A DNA stretch of 64,000 bases from an uncultured Thermotogae bacterium (lineage in GTDB: Bacteria > Thermotogota > Thermotogae > MWEM01): positions 1,989,380 to 2,053,379 of the forward strand of contig OY763325.1 of NCBI GenBank assembly GCA_963667315.1, given 5' to 3'. Shown here one piece after another: positions 63,241-64,000 of this stretch. The translations under genes were made by a program, and so were the position numbers. Below the pieces are notes generated by a model. That model was not told the origin of the DNA, did no database searches, and saw only the letters and a list, made by a program, of their open reading frames with translations. Numbering within the stretch: position 1 is the first letter of the stretch; each line of letters opens with the position of its first letter.

Positions 63241-63337
63241 CTCATTATACCATTTATACCGAAACAGAAATCAAAGACTTGACTCTCCAGCCACTGGATA
63301 GTTTATGATGTAGAGGACAATCAAGGAGGAGGATTTT

Positions 63338-64000
63338 ATGTCAAAGACTTATGCCAACGAAACCATCAGACTGCTCAACGAAAGGGCCAGTCTGAGAGCC
63401 TTTTCAGATAGGGAAATAGAGACGGACGTGATGGATCAGATTCTGGAGACTACGACACATGCTGCCAGTGGGGGGAATCTTCAGCCATTTTCAGTGATTA
63501 AAATAACCGATAAGACGATCATGGAGAAAATTGTTTCATTCGGGAATCAGCCGTTTATTAAAACAGCACCGGTCAACTTGCTGTTCTGTATCGATTTTTA
63601 CAGACTCAAAAGAATCAGTGAGATAGAAAAGGCACCGTTTACGGCTCAACAGGCATTCCCGCATTTCTGGATCGCCCTTCAGGATACGATCATAGCCGCT
63701 CAGACAGCCTGTACGGCAGCCGATTCATTCGGTCTGGGGTCTGTTTATATCGGAACGATCTTCACAATGCCCGATTCACTGGAAGGAACGATTGATCTGC
63801 TGGAAATACCGCAAGGAGTTGTTCCGGTTGTTCTTATCTCGATGGGATATCCGAAAATCCAACCACTAATCGCCCCAAAATACGGCATCAAAACACTTGT
63901 TCACGACAATAAATATCATAAGCCGAGTGATGAGGCATTAAAACAGGCGGTCAGCGAAAAATATTCGGATCGAATCATAAAACTGAAAGATGAAAACGAT
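63338..64000 (+). CDS. Nitroreductase-family protein (3' end beyond window)
   Basis: GGAGGAGG RBS. The ORF starts MSKTYANETIRLLNERASLRAFSDREIE and continues ...HAASGGNLQPFSVIKI, which is nitroreductase-like. The ORF is still open at 64000. Confidence 0.7.
   Translation, partial: MSKTYANETIRLLNERASLRAFSDREIETDVMDQILETTTHAASGGNLQPFSVIKITDKTIMEKIVSFGNQPFIKTAPVNLLFCIDFYRLKRISEIEKAPFTAQQAFPHFWIALQDTIIAAQTACTAADSFGLGSVYIGTIFTMPDSLEGTIDLLEIPQGVVPVVLISMGYPKIQPLIAPKYGIKTLVHDNKYHKPSDEALKQAVSEKYSDRIIKLKDEND

Overview
This 64-kb window is a chromosomal segment at about 40% GC from an anaerobic bacterium with a toga-type cell envelope, most likely Thermotogota. Evidence is an SLH–coiled-coil–TM Ompα-like anchor, a monomeric [FeFe]-hydrogenase, strong GGAGG-type RBSs and many TTG/GTG starts. 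Genes are densely packed, mostly as minus-strand operons. No rRNA, tRNA, CRISPR or obvious mobile element was seen.

Main blocks, in order:
- A chemotaxis/signalling island (0.1–12.3 kb): a hybrid sensor kinase, cheA, cheY, a STAS protein, a divergent soluble MCP-like protein, two transmembrane MCPs and cheW.
- A MarR–MATE–RNase H operon divergent from three tandem amidohydrolase paralogues; a palindromic operator pair lies in the shared intergenic region.
- A surface-protein locus (19.2–31.5 kb): two giant paralogous lipoproteins (2178 and 1292 aa) built from FN3-like modules and right-handed β-helix modules with Chlamydia-Pmp-like GGA[IL]/FxxN repeats. It also holds a separately promoted truncated paralogue frameshifted at an A8 tract, and a decayed FN3-like fragment. 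Its middle modules are sharply GC-rich while the C-terminal modules have host-like composition.
- A long minus-strand block: DUF721–gyrB, ftsQ-like–ftsA–ftsZ, pilB, an unknown membrane protein, an HD dNTPase-like gene, a CapD-like dehydratase and an orphan CoxM-like FAD subunit.
- An SLH Ompα-like anchor, then a thioester-type α2-macroglobulin with a small partner gene; murC, hydA and a disrupted P-loop kinase follow.
- A c-di-GMP pair (REC–HD-GYP and a sensor GGDEF), plus an AKR–FeS oxidoreductase, TetR, MerR, a third MCP and a 3'-partial nitroreductase.

The most notable observations are these:
- CheA carries a tandem MshEN-like (c-di-GMP-binding-type) motif pair in its P2–P3 linker. The same motif pair sits in the PilB N-terminus in this window, next to local c-di-GMP synthesis and degradation genes.
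- One MCP has two complete tandem CZB zinc-binding modules in its predicted periplasmic domain.
- A cytoplasmic, highly diverged MCP-like protein sits in the che operon.
- The adhesin-like locus is mosaic and possibly phase-variable.
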